Below, one piece after another: positions 36,371 to 50,345 of a DNA stretch of 59,726 nt (positions are counted from its first letter, which is position 1; every line of letters starts with the position of its first letter). The stretch is from the NCBI RefSeq assembly GCF_001194135.2, contig NC_068992.1, forward strand, positions 15,322,313-15,382,038. Reading direction: 5' to 3'. The notes beneath the pieces were generated by a model. That model was not told the DNA's origin and made no database searches. It was given only the letters and a program-made list of their open reading frames with translations. Position numbers and translations under genes: made by a program. Source of the DNA: Octopus bimaculoides (taxonomy: Eukaryota).

Positions 36371-37202
36371 ATTAGTCAAGTCGCCGAGTCTTTACAAATG
36401 ACTGTTCCCTCCTCGTAATTTTCGGGCCAGATTCCTATGTTAGAAATTATTAGAATTGGTTTAATTGACTAACCTCCAACCATCACCTAGTTTCAGTTTT
36501 TGCGCCTATTGTTAAAAAAAAAATTAAAAAAACAAGAATATTTCATTTTTCCTTCTCTCCCAGAAAGCTAATGACAACCAGCAAATAAAAAACGAAATAC
36601 CTCTCTTTCGTCCAATTTGTCTTTGCTATGAAGGGTTGTTTACTATCGTTTACATCGCCTCTGAAACGCTTAAAAGGAAGACGTTAGGTCAATAACCGGA
36701 AGTTACAGGCTACTCTGTTCGATACCATTGCATAGCATCTTAGGAAAGTGGAAATATGTAAACTACGGCATTATTGTTGACATAAAAGAAACCAAACGAA
36801 TTATCAGACTTGATGTAGGTTTCTACAGTTCGAGCTAAATCTTTGAAAATGGAAAATACTCATGTGTTTAACGTAGACTTGAGCTAGGCTTGTTTCGTTT
36901 AATGCTTGCTTCAGTGCTTGCCAAGGAGACTTGAGAAATTACTGAAGCTAGAAAAAGTTCAATATATGTTATCAATAATTATGAAGCAGAATAGGAGAAA
37001 AAAATTGAATATTTCATTTTTATTTTTCAGCGAGTTATTTTGAATATATGCTGGGATATTTACAAGTTATGTGAACGACAAATAATAATCTACATAGAAA
37101 TGTATCAATGGGAATGCAATAACGGTTTACACAATAACCAAATCAGTGAGAGGAAAATCGAAACGAAATAGGAATAGAATTCTATTCAATATCTCTCTCA
37201 CA

Positions 37203-37240
<38 letters not shown>

Positions 37241-38837
37241 TCACAGTAATAGATTTCGAAATATCGTGTGCCGTAATAAGATACGAAAATATATTCAGCG
37301 TCTGTCCACATAGGAGATAAATTTTCCTTTTAATTTAATTCAGCAAGTTTCGATTTAAATATTAGGCTGAATATATTTTTTTGAAAATGGAAGTAGGAAT
37401 GCTTATTGAACACGTGTACCTACTTGTGTTATGAAAATTGAATATATACTTATGTATGCACATACATACATACGCACACACACACACACACACACACAAA
37501 CATATATATATATATATATATTATCTATGTATGTGTATATATATATATATATATATATAGATATATATATCTATGTATGTGTATATGTATATATATATAT
37601 ATAGATATATATATCTATGTATGTGTATATGTATATATATATATATAGATATATATATCTATGTATGTGTATNNNNNNNNNNNNNNNNNNNNNNNNNNNN
37701 NNNNNNNNNNNNNNNNNNNNNNNNNNNNNNNNNNNNNNNNNNNNNNNNNNNNNNNNNNNNNNNNNNNNNNNNNNNNNNNNNNNNNNNNNNNNNNNNNNNN
37801 NNNNNNNNNNNNNNNNNNNNNNNNNNNNNNNNNNNNNNNNNNNNNNNNNNNNNNNNNNNNNNNNNNNNNNNNNNNNNNNNNNNNNNNNNNNNNNNNNNNN
37901 NNNNNNNNNNNNNNNNNNNNNNNNNNNNNNNNNNNNNNNNNNNNNNNNNNNNNNNNNNNACATATATATACATATATATACATATATATACATATATATA
38001 CATATATATATACATATATATATATGCATATATATATATACATATATCTGCATGTATATGCATAAATGTATGTATGTATATCTATATCTATCTATATACA
38101 TATACATATAAATATATGTGTATATATATATATATATATAGATGTACGTATATATGTGTGTGTGTGTGTGTGTGTATATACATTTATATGCACTTATGTA
38201 TGCATGTATACCTATATCTATCTGTATACATACATACCTATATACATACATACACACCTATATCTGTATACATACATATATACATACATACATATATACA
38301 TACATACACACATACACATACATATATATGTATATATATATATGTATATATAAGTATATATAAATATATACATATTTATTATGTATATATATGTGTGTGT
38401 GTATATGTATATTTATGTATATGTATATATGTATGTATATGTATATGTACACATAATCATAACGTAGTTTCATTGGAACAATTCTGTCATATGTATTAAG
38501 ATTGGAATTTCTCAAAAACCTACTACAATGCAAATTGAAATATTGGAATGTAAATGGAAGTAAGGAGAACAAAACAACATTTGCACTTTATCTTATATTT
38601 CTATATTTAGGATTAATACATCTTCGTGAGGAGAACATGAAGAATGGTGTCAAGCAGGTGTTTTTTTCCTCAAATGCATATGAAATGGTGGGGCTGAGAC
38701 ATGCGCCATATGCTATTGTTATAATAAAAGATCTGCGTCGCGAAACTGATCTTCTGTTGTTTGAGGGCTTCAGTTTAATACACGAAAGGTTTCCTAGACG
38801 TGCAGATTGCCGATGTTGCACTCTGTTGCCTCGCGGA

Positions 38838-39082
38838 AAGTAATGTCCTTTCCCGATTCGTATAGACTCATAAGGCCGATTTCTTGGTTTCCAATGTGTA
38901 CATATTCCCCACGTGGACAGGACGCCGATCCGCCGCAGGACTGTTCACCTTTGCCAGTTGAGTGGACCGGAGCAACATAAAATAAAAGTGTTTTGCTTAA
39001 GAACACAACACGTCGCCCGGTCCGAGATTCGAAACCACAATCTTGCGATCATGAGTCCCACATCCTAACCACTAAGCCAACC
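38838..39082 (-). mobile_element. tRNA-derived SINE family D with V-domain-like core
   Basis: Head tggcttagtggttagg...gtttcgaatctc. Core cctgcggcggatcggcgtcctgtccacgtgggg resembles the V-SINE domain CCTGCGATGGACTGGCRYCCYGTCCAGGG (recalled consensus). Confidence 0.7.
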
Positions 39083-39865
39083 AACCCTGCTGTTGCCCCG
39101 ATAGTGACTATAAAATCTTGAGTGTGACATTTCTCCCGGTGCTATTAGACTGATATGTTCCTTATTGCATGGTACGTACCGAATGGTACGTACGGTATAG
39201 CAACTGCCACAATTTAGCGCCGACCACTTTTTTTTCGTCGTCGTTGCAAAAATTCGAAAGTTATTTCTATTTTAATTGAGGAGCACTAGGAATTCAGTCG
39301 AGGACTGTACCTAGAACAGAAACTGCATCTAACGAAAGAGTTTTGTTTCTGGGCTAGAAAAAAAAATCTTTTTCCACTGAAATTCGAAAAATAAAACCAG
39401 GGAAAATACATCAGTAATGAGTCATATAATGTAGTGCACGTCAGTGATATGCCCATGGTCTACATGAACACCTTAACGATCCACAGGTTCTCAAACCTTG
39501 AGAGATGTTTTTAACTTCAACAAAAGATCCTTATAATTTCCGCAAAAGAAAATACCAAATACAGCTTAAATAATCTATCCAGCTATCCATCCACCCATCG
39601 ATACATCCATACATACATAATGCACTCTGGGGCACTAGGATGTGTAACCCTGCCTACATACCGATCTTGAGAAATCAGGCTTTTCAAAGTCAGAAAGGAG
39701 AAAGCTGATTCGAAGACTACAGATACAGGCCATCACTGGAACTGTAAAAGTCTGTAAAACTTTCTAAAAGTTTATCATTTAAGTATATATGAGCATGTCT
39801 AGATTTGCAAGTATATGCATGAGAATACATACATAAAGCAAAACATACAAATCTGCACGCATACA

Positions 39866-39901
<36 letters not shown>

Positions 39902-39910
39902 TACATACAA

Positions 39911-40016
39911 ACAAAAATACCCTGCTTTTGATGTTGAAATTCCAATGAAGGAACCTTGGATCTTGGTTAGAAACCGGCTCTTCCTCTATTGACAAGAAAT
40001 CTTGAAATGAAACTGA
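39911..40016 (+). mobile_element. Short 3'-UTR fragment related to the 8288-8776 element
   Basis: 39/51 ungapped identity to the 3' UTR near 8697-8747. CATA-type repeats on both sides. Confidence 0.65.
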
Positions 40017-40521
40017 TATACATACACAGACGAATACATAATACGTACACATACGAACATAATAAGTATGCACGTACATACATACAAACATCTATCCATC
40101 TGTATACATAGACGTACTTACAGCCATAAATACATACAGACAGACAGGCAGGCAGACAGACAGGCAAACAGACAGGCGGACAGACATGCAGTCAGCCAGA
40201 AAGTCAGACAAACCAACATGCTTTCATACCCTGTTTCCATTTAATATTTTCCACATCGTTTACAAAGTTCACAATCAATGTAACGGGAATCTCAGAATTG
40301 TCCAATACTGCGGCAGAGCGGCGGGCGAGGGGTGTGGGGCTGGGGGTTGAACAGAACAAAAAAAAAATTCTTTACACGGAATGATTTATTGCTCAATCCT
40401 AAACAAGTTGCCAAACCAATTTTTGTTTCTTCTATTATTTACATATTTCTTTATTTTATTTTTATTTCTTTGTTTATTATTCTGTTGGCATCATGGAACG
40501 AAGCAAGGGCGGTTGGGTATG

Positions 40522-40559
<38 letters not shown>

Positions 40560-41162
40560 ATACTGACAATAATATCTCTTCTATTCTGTTGAACGTTCGT
40601 TCTGATAGTATATATTGAACAGAAAATGAATTATTTGTTATATAAATCTATAGGGTCTGTTACAGCAACGGAATCTATGTGAGTTTATATTCTAGGGCAA
40701 TAGAAGAGGGTAGTTGTAGTCGTCGTGTTTGCTCTTTTTTCATTTATATCTTGTCCTTTTTTTATCGTATTTTTCGCATCTTTTAGATTTCATTTGCATA
40801 GACTTAAAAGTGAAATTATACCATTTCTCAAAGATCACGTCAGCCAGACGGATTCCTAATAATTCTCTTAGAATTCTGTCTTCTTGTGTAGGAAGGAATA
40901 TTTGCTATTTTACACCAGATTCTCAATTGAATTATTATTATTATCATCATTATTATCATCATTATTATTATTATTATTATTATTGCTATTATTATTATTT
41001 TTTATTTTTTTACTGCATTGTAAACAATATTCCTACTGAGTTTCAGTTTTTCTTTTTCTCTCTCAACAACTAATTTTGTTTGATTTCCTTTAGGTTTTAT
41101 TTTATTGTCTTTACTTTTAACTTTCAACCATTTACTTTACTGTTTCTTAGTCACACTCACAT

Positions 41163-41207
<45 letters not shown>

Positions 41208-41926
41208 TACTGTTTCTTTCTCCTGACCACTTTTCTTTTCCGTTTGTATTTTATCTTACTTTTTATCTTTAAACTGTCTCAATCTACGTTCCTTATTTCT
41301 TTCTCTCTCTCTCTCTTTCTGTTACACACACACACACACACACACACANNNNNNNNNNNNNNNNNNNNNNNNNNNNNNNNNNNNNNNNNNNNNNNNNNNN
41401 NNNNNNNNNNNNNNNNNNNNNNNNNNNNNNNNNNNNNNNNNNNNNNNNNNNNNNNNNNNNNNNNNNNNNNNNNNNNNNNNNNNNNNNNNNNNNNNNNNNN
41501 NNNNNNNNNNNNNNNNNNNNNNNNNNNNNNNNNNNNNNNNNNNNNNNNNNNNNNNNNNNNNNNNNNNNNNNNNNNNNNNNNNNNNNNNNNNNNNNNNNNN
41601 NNNNNNNNNNNNNNNNNNNNNNNNNNNNNNNNNNNNNNNNNNNNNNNNNNNNNNNNNNNNNNNNNNNNNNNNNNNNNNNNNNNNNNNNNNNNNNNNNNNN
41701 NNNNNNNNNNNNNNNNNNNNNNNNNNNNNNNNNNNNNNNNNNNNNNNNNNNNNNNNNNNNNNNNNNNNNNNNNNNNNNNNNNNNNNNNNNNNNNNNNNNN
41801 NNNNNNNNNNNNNNNNNNNNNNNNNNNNNNNNNNNNNNNNNNNNNNNNNNNNNNNNNNNNNNNNNNNNNNNNNNNNNNNNNNNNNNNNNNNNNNNNNNNN
41901 NNNNNNNNNNNNNNNNNNNNNNNNNN

Positions 41927-41957
<31 letters not shown>

Positions 41958-43318
41958 GTCTATCTATCTACCTATCAATCTGTCTATGTATGTATGTATG
42001 TATGTATGTATCTATCTATTTATCAATCTATATATCTATCTATCTACCCATCCATTTCTCTTTGGATATAGTGTATTCTATTGTATTATCCTCATTTTAC
42101 TACAGCTCTCCATCTATCAATTCAATGTTAACTGGGAATTGAATAGAATTGAAATAAAAGACATTGTTGCGTACAGATAAGTCACAAATGGAAACGAAAA
42201 GCTAAATACTAAATGAGTAATTATGCCTTCCAAAATCACAATCAAACATACGTACAATAAATGTTATCAGGGGTATATAATGTAAAAATCTGTGGGAATA
42301 TCATAAGTCAAAATATACACAAACACATATGCAAACAAATATAACATATAACATGTCGGTGGTGAGTTTTGCGCTCTTTCTAACAACATAACAGGATGGC
42401 GATAAAGGAAATACAATTATTGCAGCCGTCATATTTTATATTTTTATTTTATTTCATTCCCTGTAAATATTGTGTTACATACACGTATTCTCGTTCAGTA
42501 AAGAGGAATGATATGAATGAGAATATAGCAGAAATGTATTTCTCTTTGATTTGTGAAATTTATAGACAAAGAAATAATGTGTTTATTTACTTATTTCTTT
42601 CTTGTAATTTTCATGTCAGATATTTTGTATATACGAACGTCTGCTTTTCTATCAGATTTACATTTCACTTTTATTAATAGTTTCTTGTTTTTCTATTAGA
42701 GTTTTATACATAAAATGCTGGGCGGATCTTTTGCTTCCTCTTGGGATTTTTTATGTCTGTTGTTGCCGTAGTTGTTGTTGTTGTTGTTGTTGTTGCTGTT
42801 GCTACTGCGACTGGTGTTGTTATTGTTTTTGTTTTTGCTGTTCTTCTTGGTATTCTGCTTTACTGCTGGAGTTTTCGAAGTCTCAATTTGCTTATCATGA
42901 AACGGATGTAATTACAACGCTTTTCTGTAATTTTTTCCCCCTGTTCCTTTGTTCCCTGTTTGCAAGCAGGGCACGAAAACCTGAGCGGTGAACTAAGCAT
43001 AAACAAAAAACAAGCAACCACTAAATGAAAAAAATTTCAGCCATTTTATGTCGTATATTTGTTAACTAAACTACTAATTTACGAGGCATAAAGAAGGAAC
43101 ACAACTCAAACTCAACACCAGTTAAAATCTATGTGAAGGTAAACACAAAAGCATGATATGTATATTAAATTATATTATATAGATAGATAGACACATGCAC
43201 ATGCGTAAATACATACATACATACATACATACATATAGACGAAGGATTTCTGTATCATTTCCATTTATTAAATTCCATTCACAAAGCATTGGCCAACGAC
43301 CAAATGCTAAGGAAAAAT

Positions 43319-43850
43319 GGATCTTTTTTAAAACGGGGGCCACATTTTTCATTAACGAAACACTTTGAAACTTGGAACACTGGTAGAATGTGTCATATAA
43401 AACATCTTTTTTCTCTTAGTCTTCTTTNNNNNNNNNNNNNNNNNNNNNNNNNNNNNNNNNNNNNNNNNNNNNNNNNNNNNNNNNNNNNNNNNNNNNNNNN
43501 NNNNNNNNNNNNNNNNNNNNNNNNNNNNNNNNNNNNNNNNNNNNNNNNNNNNNNNNNNNNNNNNNNNNNNNNNNNNNNNNNNNNNNNNNNNNNNNNNNNN
43601 NNNNNNNNNNNNNNNNNNNNNNNNNNNNNNNNNNNNNNNNNNNNNNNNNNNNNNNNNNNNNNNNNTGTCAGTGATTGGTTGAAATTATCGAAATAAGACA
43701 ATTTTTTACATGAAATAAATTCGAATACAAAAATATTTTTCTGTTCTATAACACAAAATAGATAAGTATACGAAGTTTGAAAGTCTTTCCGTACCAAAAA
43801 CACTACGTAAAACATTAATGAAAAATGTGGCCCCCGTTTTAAAATAGATC
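43319..43850 (+). mobile_element. Merlin-like MITE, copy 3 (centre in N gap)
   Basis: Same TIRs. Perfect 8-bp TSD GGAAAAAT (43311-43318 / 43851-43858). Arms differ from copy 1 at only ~5 positions. Confidence 0.9.
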
Positions 43851-44869
43851 CGGAAAAATATGCTTCTCAAGTATTGTGAAGTGACCTCAAACCTTGAACA
43901 AATGTGTAGTTAGGCCAACCTTTTAACTGCACTTTCACTCTTTCTATTCATATAGAAAGAGAGAGAGAGAGAGAGCAAGAATGGGAGGATAGCAGCAAAG
44001 AATATACATATATCTGTGCATTGGAACACAAACAGTTCCATCGAATCCAGATATTAACGCCTACCCTTCCTCCTGGACTTTGTCACATTCCAAATTTTTC
44101 AGTTTTATAGATTCAAATATATCATTTTCATGTTTCTATAAAATTTATAATTATTTGAAATTCGCAGTGCGAATAACACCAGCATTCCAAGCTGGTCAGT
44201 CACGACATAAAGTTAATGAAACTTCATTCACAGCATGGATTATCATGGCTCATGTAGACCTATAGGCCATTTCACACTACGACCAACACTTCTTAGTTAT
44301 ATTCAGAAAAGTAATTTTCTTGAGCCTAATATTTATGGTAATATTTATGTACAATGCTATGCACCTCGGACAGCTGTACATTAGACACTGCATGTGTCTA
44401 ATTTAAAGAATTTCGGATATAAAATGCATATATCTATTGGTTAGTAACTCTCTTATATCAAAATGTGCGTGAAAAGAACACATGGCGTGAAACTCGTTCA
44501 ATTTGTCAAAGGAAGAGTTATCAATCTTTCTCCTAATCATATAAATACACTTCAAAACATGAATATTGACTGTCCCCGAAATTTCTAGACTAATAGTTCC
44601 TTGTAATATAATTTATATGGGTAGTCAGGTAGGTGCGAAGTGAAATTTCCCGTAGCCTGCTTACTCATCAATGAACGTAGCACCTCTGCCGTGCTGCTTC
44701 ACACCAGTAATGCTCTCAACATATTTCGGCAGGACATATTTCGGTAGATGATACATCTACCTGCAATCTTTAATTGTTTCTAATTCACGTGACACTTGGG
44801 CACATAACTGACATTTTTTTCTTCAATCACCTGTTTATGTCATCTTGTGGTAGACAACAGGTTGACCCT

Positions 44870-45979
44870 TAAAGTGCATCCCACTATGGCTAGCAAAAGC
44901 TTTACCGACACTACTTAATGTTATCAAGAAGATTTTTTTCTTAAGGTCTCTGTCAGTTTGGGAAACAGCCAAAAATCATAAGAAGCCAGGTTTGGAATGC
45001 ATGGAGAGTGAGAGACAGTTTTGATGCCCATCTCTGTTCTTTAGTTACCAGAATGGAATTGTGGACAGGTGCATTGTCCTGGTACAGGTGCCACCGATCG
45101 AGTGAAGGACCTGTGGTCTTTCGCGACGAAATCCCTTCCTGAACTCCTTCAAAACCTTCACAAAGTATTCTTTGTTGACCACCTGGCCAGAGAGAACCCA
45201 GTGGGTGTTGATGATGCTCTTCTCGTTGCAAAAGGAGATCATCCTGTGTCTCCCAATGGATTTGCTTTGCCTGACCTTATGCCTGGGAGAGCCAAGATTC
45301 TTCCACTAGGCACGCTGTCTCTTGGTTTCTGGACCGGCTTTCGACACAGGTCACTTGAAAATCTCGGACGAGAGATAATGAGCTCAGCCATGCCTCTGCT
45401 GTCACCAACGCGTCTGTCTTCAGTTCGTCACTGACCACCCTGGAAACAAACGTTGCACAAATTTTGTGCATGCTCAGCTTTTCATGGATAATTGTGTGTG
45501 GAATTAACACACCAACTCTAAACAATGTTTACCGTCTTTATAACCATGTGACGACCTTCATTCAGAAAATTGCGAATCTTTTCAACGAGATTTGATGTTT
45601 TGACATCCCTTTCCCTCGCAAACTGCCTTTGAATCTATTGTGCCAGCGAAAACCATTGTTTGGATCGTACAAATAGTATGGAGCATTTCATAAGCTTCTG
45701 TAGCATTTTAGTCCAGCTTCGCACAACACTTTATCGCATAGCGAGCTTCCAATTAGTCTTCGCGTACGGATTGCATTCTTCAAGTTAATAAGCTGTGACA
45801 AGCAGTGCTTAGTTGGATATGATCAAAGTTTTGTTACAGACGTCTCATTCAATCTGGAATTTAAAAAATGCTGGCAGCTTATTAGAAGGATTCTAATGAT
45901 ATACTAAAATTACAATAATCGAGCATAGTTATAACTGCTTCCCCTGAAATGTCTTAAAACTTCTGGAATAAACCTCGTA
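44870..45979 (-). pseudogene. Decayed mariner (irritans-like) with one recognisable TIR
   Basis: Minus strand: TACGAGGTTTATTCCAGAAGT terminus; RYAIKCCAKL..NATEAYEML, HTIIHEKL, HLYQDNAPVH and SYDFWLFP motifs. Many stops and frameshifts. Confidence 0.85.
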
Positions 45980-47164
45980 CAATAATTAGAATGACTAGCT
46001 GTTATAATCTGCACATTATATCAATCTTATAACGAACATTGTAAGTTATTCATAGTGTTTGTGACACCTTGATAATTTATAAAATTAACATGTTTTTCTC
46101 CAGAATCTTTCCTGGCTATACATAAATAAACTCCGGTGAGCCAAAATTGGTATGACTAACTCCGTCAGAACTCTACTGAAAAGCCCAAGTGTGAGTAGTA
46201 AAATCCATGATTTTATCATGGATTTTACACATACATTTTTGTTGTTCTATAGCGTTTCGTGCGCTCAAATTAACTTTTTGTCCAGACCGATTTTTTAAAG
46301 CTTTAAGCTCGTCTTACCCTTTCATACTTGCTCTTTGTAATTGCAAGAACTCTGGATCTTATATACTTTTCAAATAGAATATTTGAATTCGGATGGCGTT
46401 CTTGCATCAACGTTTATGTATATATATTTCATATAAGATCACAAGACCAAATAGTTATCGTCTTTAATCCAAATAGATTGAAGTCCAAATATAAGCCGAG
46501 TTAAATATTCTAACAGATTTTATGGATTCCCATGATAGCGAGTGTATTATTCACGCTGAAATCGACGTGTAATCTCCTTCAGCTTAATTTAAAGCTATCG
46601 AATAAGGCCTGAAACAATAGTAAATATACAAATAAGTAGCCAATACTGGAGTACAGCTAACACTGGGTAATCATTTGGAAGTTGCCTACGAATTTAAATA
46701 GCTCGAGGTTAATGTCACGCATAATTTATTCTTAGATAAAGAAATCATTTCATTAATTTTGAGAAAACTAGCTAAAAGTGTCCACAAAAACAAGCTGTAA
46801 ACATTGGTGTTAAAATTAAATTATATAGGGTTTCTATTTTAAATGCACTTCTCTATACAAGTTAAACTTGTAGAACTTAGGCAAATTTTGTGATGAAACA
46901 TCGTAGTTGAGAGCATCGGTAAGTGATGCGAGCCTGATCAGATTCAATATATGCTTAATTTACATTTTGTTAAACCAATGTCAACTTCTATTGATTGGTT
47001 CCGCTCGTCATATAGGTTTGAACGGTTATAAACTTCGTTTGTCACTAAAAATGTCATGAAACCGTATTTATAGACTTCCAGTTATGCTGAGATTACGTAG
47101 CTTTTCTTTTTCTTTATGACATGATGAAGAATTGCACAGGAACACGGACACTGTTGAGAAGGAA

Positions 47165-47345
47165 CTATTGATCATTCGTTTGAATATCTGCAATCGATGT
47201 CTGGAGGATATTTATGCGTGTATGGAAGAGGGAGAGGAATTCCAGAATGTTGATGTATTGGACATGAAGGATTAAGAGCAGTAGTTATTGCAGAGGCATG
47301 TATCGTGATTGGAATGGAGGATGGCATGGAAGGCTGAGGATCTGA
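47165..47345 (-). mobile_element. LINE ORF2 3' end fragment (CR1/L2/Jockey-like)
   Basis: NNYCS*SFMSNTSTFWNSSPSSI...LQIFKRMIN resembles SF...T..LWNSLP......LQ.FK..IN. Confidence 0.55.
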
Positions 47346-47595
47346 AGGTACCTCGGCCATGTTATTTTGAAAGTAGATAGAACGAAGAAGCTATGGGACT
47401 TAACACGAAACCACATACTTTAAAAGCAAGCTTCTTAAAAACACATCCATACATCCATTTCCTAACTTTGTCAAAGCACTTCGCAAGTCCTGGCATAGTT
47501 CTCTCTCCTTTCACTGGTTGAACATATTTCATCATAAAATTACCAGCAAATGCTTCAGTTGACGGTACGACTGATGAGGAGGAGGAGACGGGAGA

Positions 47596-47662
<67 letters not shown>

Positions 47663-48985
47663 GGTTGTGTTTATCTCTGTTAAAATATCTTTCTAAAAGT
47701 AAATTAAGAATTTTGTGATTGCTGAATACAGCTCAATCGATATTGGGTTTTAAAAAGTCCTTGTGGAGTATAATTAGCTAAACCAGTTCCTATGTCTGTA
47801 GAAATTACTTATACAAACAGCAAGCAGTTAAAAAGTAAATCTTGTAAAAGAAGGAACCAGCAGTCTCTTCTATCGTCACTGATAAAACTAGGGAACCAGA
47901 GATTCTACAGAAACAGCTATATCAATAGTTGGTGAGTCGAAACACCAAACAACTTACAGATTGTAACACACAACTTTATTTCTTTATTATCAAGGGAGAA
48001 TTATCATTCAACACTAACAAGAGAAATGAAAATGATAATGATTTTATTTATTAGTAATATGCTTACACATAGATTAGTTCAAACATTCCTGCTGGTACTC
48101 TTTGGTAATACAGAGATAGAAAATTCGTCTACAGAATATTGTTAATGTGTATATTTGATCAGCGAAAGAATATTGCAAAACAAAGAAAATTAAGGACGAG
48201 AGATATTTGCATGAATTAAATATTGTTTAGTGAAAATACGCTGCGGTATGAATAATCAATAAAATATATGTCAGGAGGAATATATAGGAGATAATTTATG
48301 GTAATTTAGTAATTTATGTATTAAGGTCAATACGGATGACAGAGACGACTTAATCTTTCACATTAAATATTGTAGATAGATTAACCAGCAACGTTTTTGC
48401 TTATGTATGCCCCCCCCCCACATACATACATACATACATATATATAATATATATAGATACATGCATACATACNNNNNNNNNNNNNNNNNNNNNNNNNNNN
48501 NNNNNNNNNNNNNNNNNNNNNNNNNNNNNNNNNNNNNNNNNNNNNNNNNNNNNNNNNNNNNNNNNNNNNNNNNNNNNNNNNNNNNNNNNNNNNNNNNNNN
48601 NNNNNNNNNNNNNNNNNNNNNNNNNNNNNNNNNNNNNNNNNNNNNNNNNNNNNNNNNNNNNNNNNNNNNNNNNNNNNNNNNNNNNNNNNNNNNNNNNNNN
48701 NNNNNNNNNNNNNNNNNNNNNNNNNNNNNNNNNNNNNNNNNNNNNNNNNNNNNNNNNNNNNNNNNNNNNNNNNNNNNNNNNNNNNNNNNNNNNNNNNNNN
48801 NNNNNNNNNNNNNNNNNNNNNNNNNNNNNNNNNNNNNNNNNNNNNNNNNNNNNNNNNNNNNNNNNNNNNNNNNNNNNNNNNNNNNNNNNNNNNNNNNNNN
48901 NNNNNNNNNNNNNNNNNNNNNNNNNNNNNNNNNNNNNNNNNNNNNNNNNNNNNNNNNNNNNNNNNNNNNNNNNNNNNNNNNNNNN

Positions 48986-49233
48986 TATATATATATATAT
49001 ATATATATTTGTGTGTGTATATGTTTGCGTGTCTGTGTTTGTCCCCCCAACATCGCTTGACAACCGATGCTGGTGTGTTTACGTCCCCGTAACTTAGCGG
49101 TTCGGCTAAAGAGACCGATAGAATAAGTACTAGGCTTCCAAAGAATAAGTCCTGGGGTCGATCTGTTCGACTAAAGGTGGTGCTCCAGCATGACCACAGT
49201 CAAATGACTGAAACAAGTAAAAGAGTAAAAGAG
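48986..49233 (+). mobile_element. SINE family B, 3' part (head lost in gap)
   Basis: gtccccccaacatcgcttgacaaccgatgctgg...ctgaaacaagtaaaagagtaaaag. Confidence 0.9.
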
Positions 49234-49436
49234 ATATACATATATATGTATATATCTCGCTGTTGATCTCTATCGATTTATTTATGTACCCATCTTTCCC
49301 TCACCCAATGTCTTTTTGCAAATTCATATATAAACATTATTACTATTATTATCATTTTAACTCAGCTTTCGTTGCAACTCCTGGGTTTTGAATGCCTAGG
49401 ACCATTCAGACTTATATATACTTTAAAACGGAATTA

Positions 49437-49464
<28 letters not shown>

Positions 49465-49474
<10 letters not shown>

Positions 49475-49921
49475 TGGACTCTAAATGAATTAATCAAAAT
49501 AGAAAGGAAAAGAAGAAAAGTAATGACAGGTTTTAGGATGCACAATCAAAAATCTGACAGAAAACTTATATATACAGCGTATAGAGAGTGGGGGAGCATC
49601 ATACCCATGTGTGAAAAGGAATTCTTTGGAGTTTGGATAATTAACCTCTGGAAACATGGGTGTTTCATTCAACATCCTTAAACAACCCTTATTCGTTGAT
49701 ATTTTGAGTAGGATGGGCTGCTGAAGCAGAAGAAAATTCTAACTGCGCTCCACCTGCAAGGTCATGCCCGGCTTATCTTGAGAAGAGATCACCATTTCGA
49801 GCACATATGGTTATGATGCATGTGCCTGGTGTACCCTTATCAGATGCGTAGTCATGATGGGTATAATGGGCTTCGTATATTTGTACTCCAGTGTCATTTT
49901 GATGGTATGCACTACTCTCTC
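49465..49921 (+). mobile_element. R4/Dong-like RT fragment joined to a non-coding 3' tail, between (AAT)n tracts
   Basis: IINWTLNELIKIERKRRKVMTGFRMHNQKSD then (+1) LYIQRIESGG matches the R4/Dong RT C-terminal pattern W...EL...DRK.RK..T...MH..K.D..RLY..R..GG. About 300 bp of non-coding sequence follows, then (AAT)n. Confidence 0.7.
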
Positions 49922-49953
<32 letters not shown>

Positions 49954-50060
49954 CGACGATGATGATAATTTCCTCAGGAAACTATTAGATAGTTGAAAAT
50001 AACAGATACTATCGCTCTGTAGCCAGCAGGTAGATGGATAGATAGGTACGCAGACGGAGA

Positions 50061-50345
<285 letters not shown>

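Noticed and set aside
39171-39193. GTACGTACC-GAAT-GGTACGTAC hairpin and direct repeat
   Set aside because: Short and built from a self-complementary GTAC repeat, so readily produced by slippage.
42731-42991. Cys-rich ORF suggesting a metallothionein-like or toxin peptide
   Set aside because: The poly-Cys derives from a (TGT/TGC)n trinucleotide tract; TTG start and no signal peptide.
44600-44870. Second TIR of the minus-strand mariner
   Set aside because: No match to TACGAGGTTTATTCC was found, so the element is reported as one-ended.
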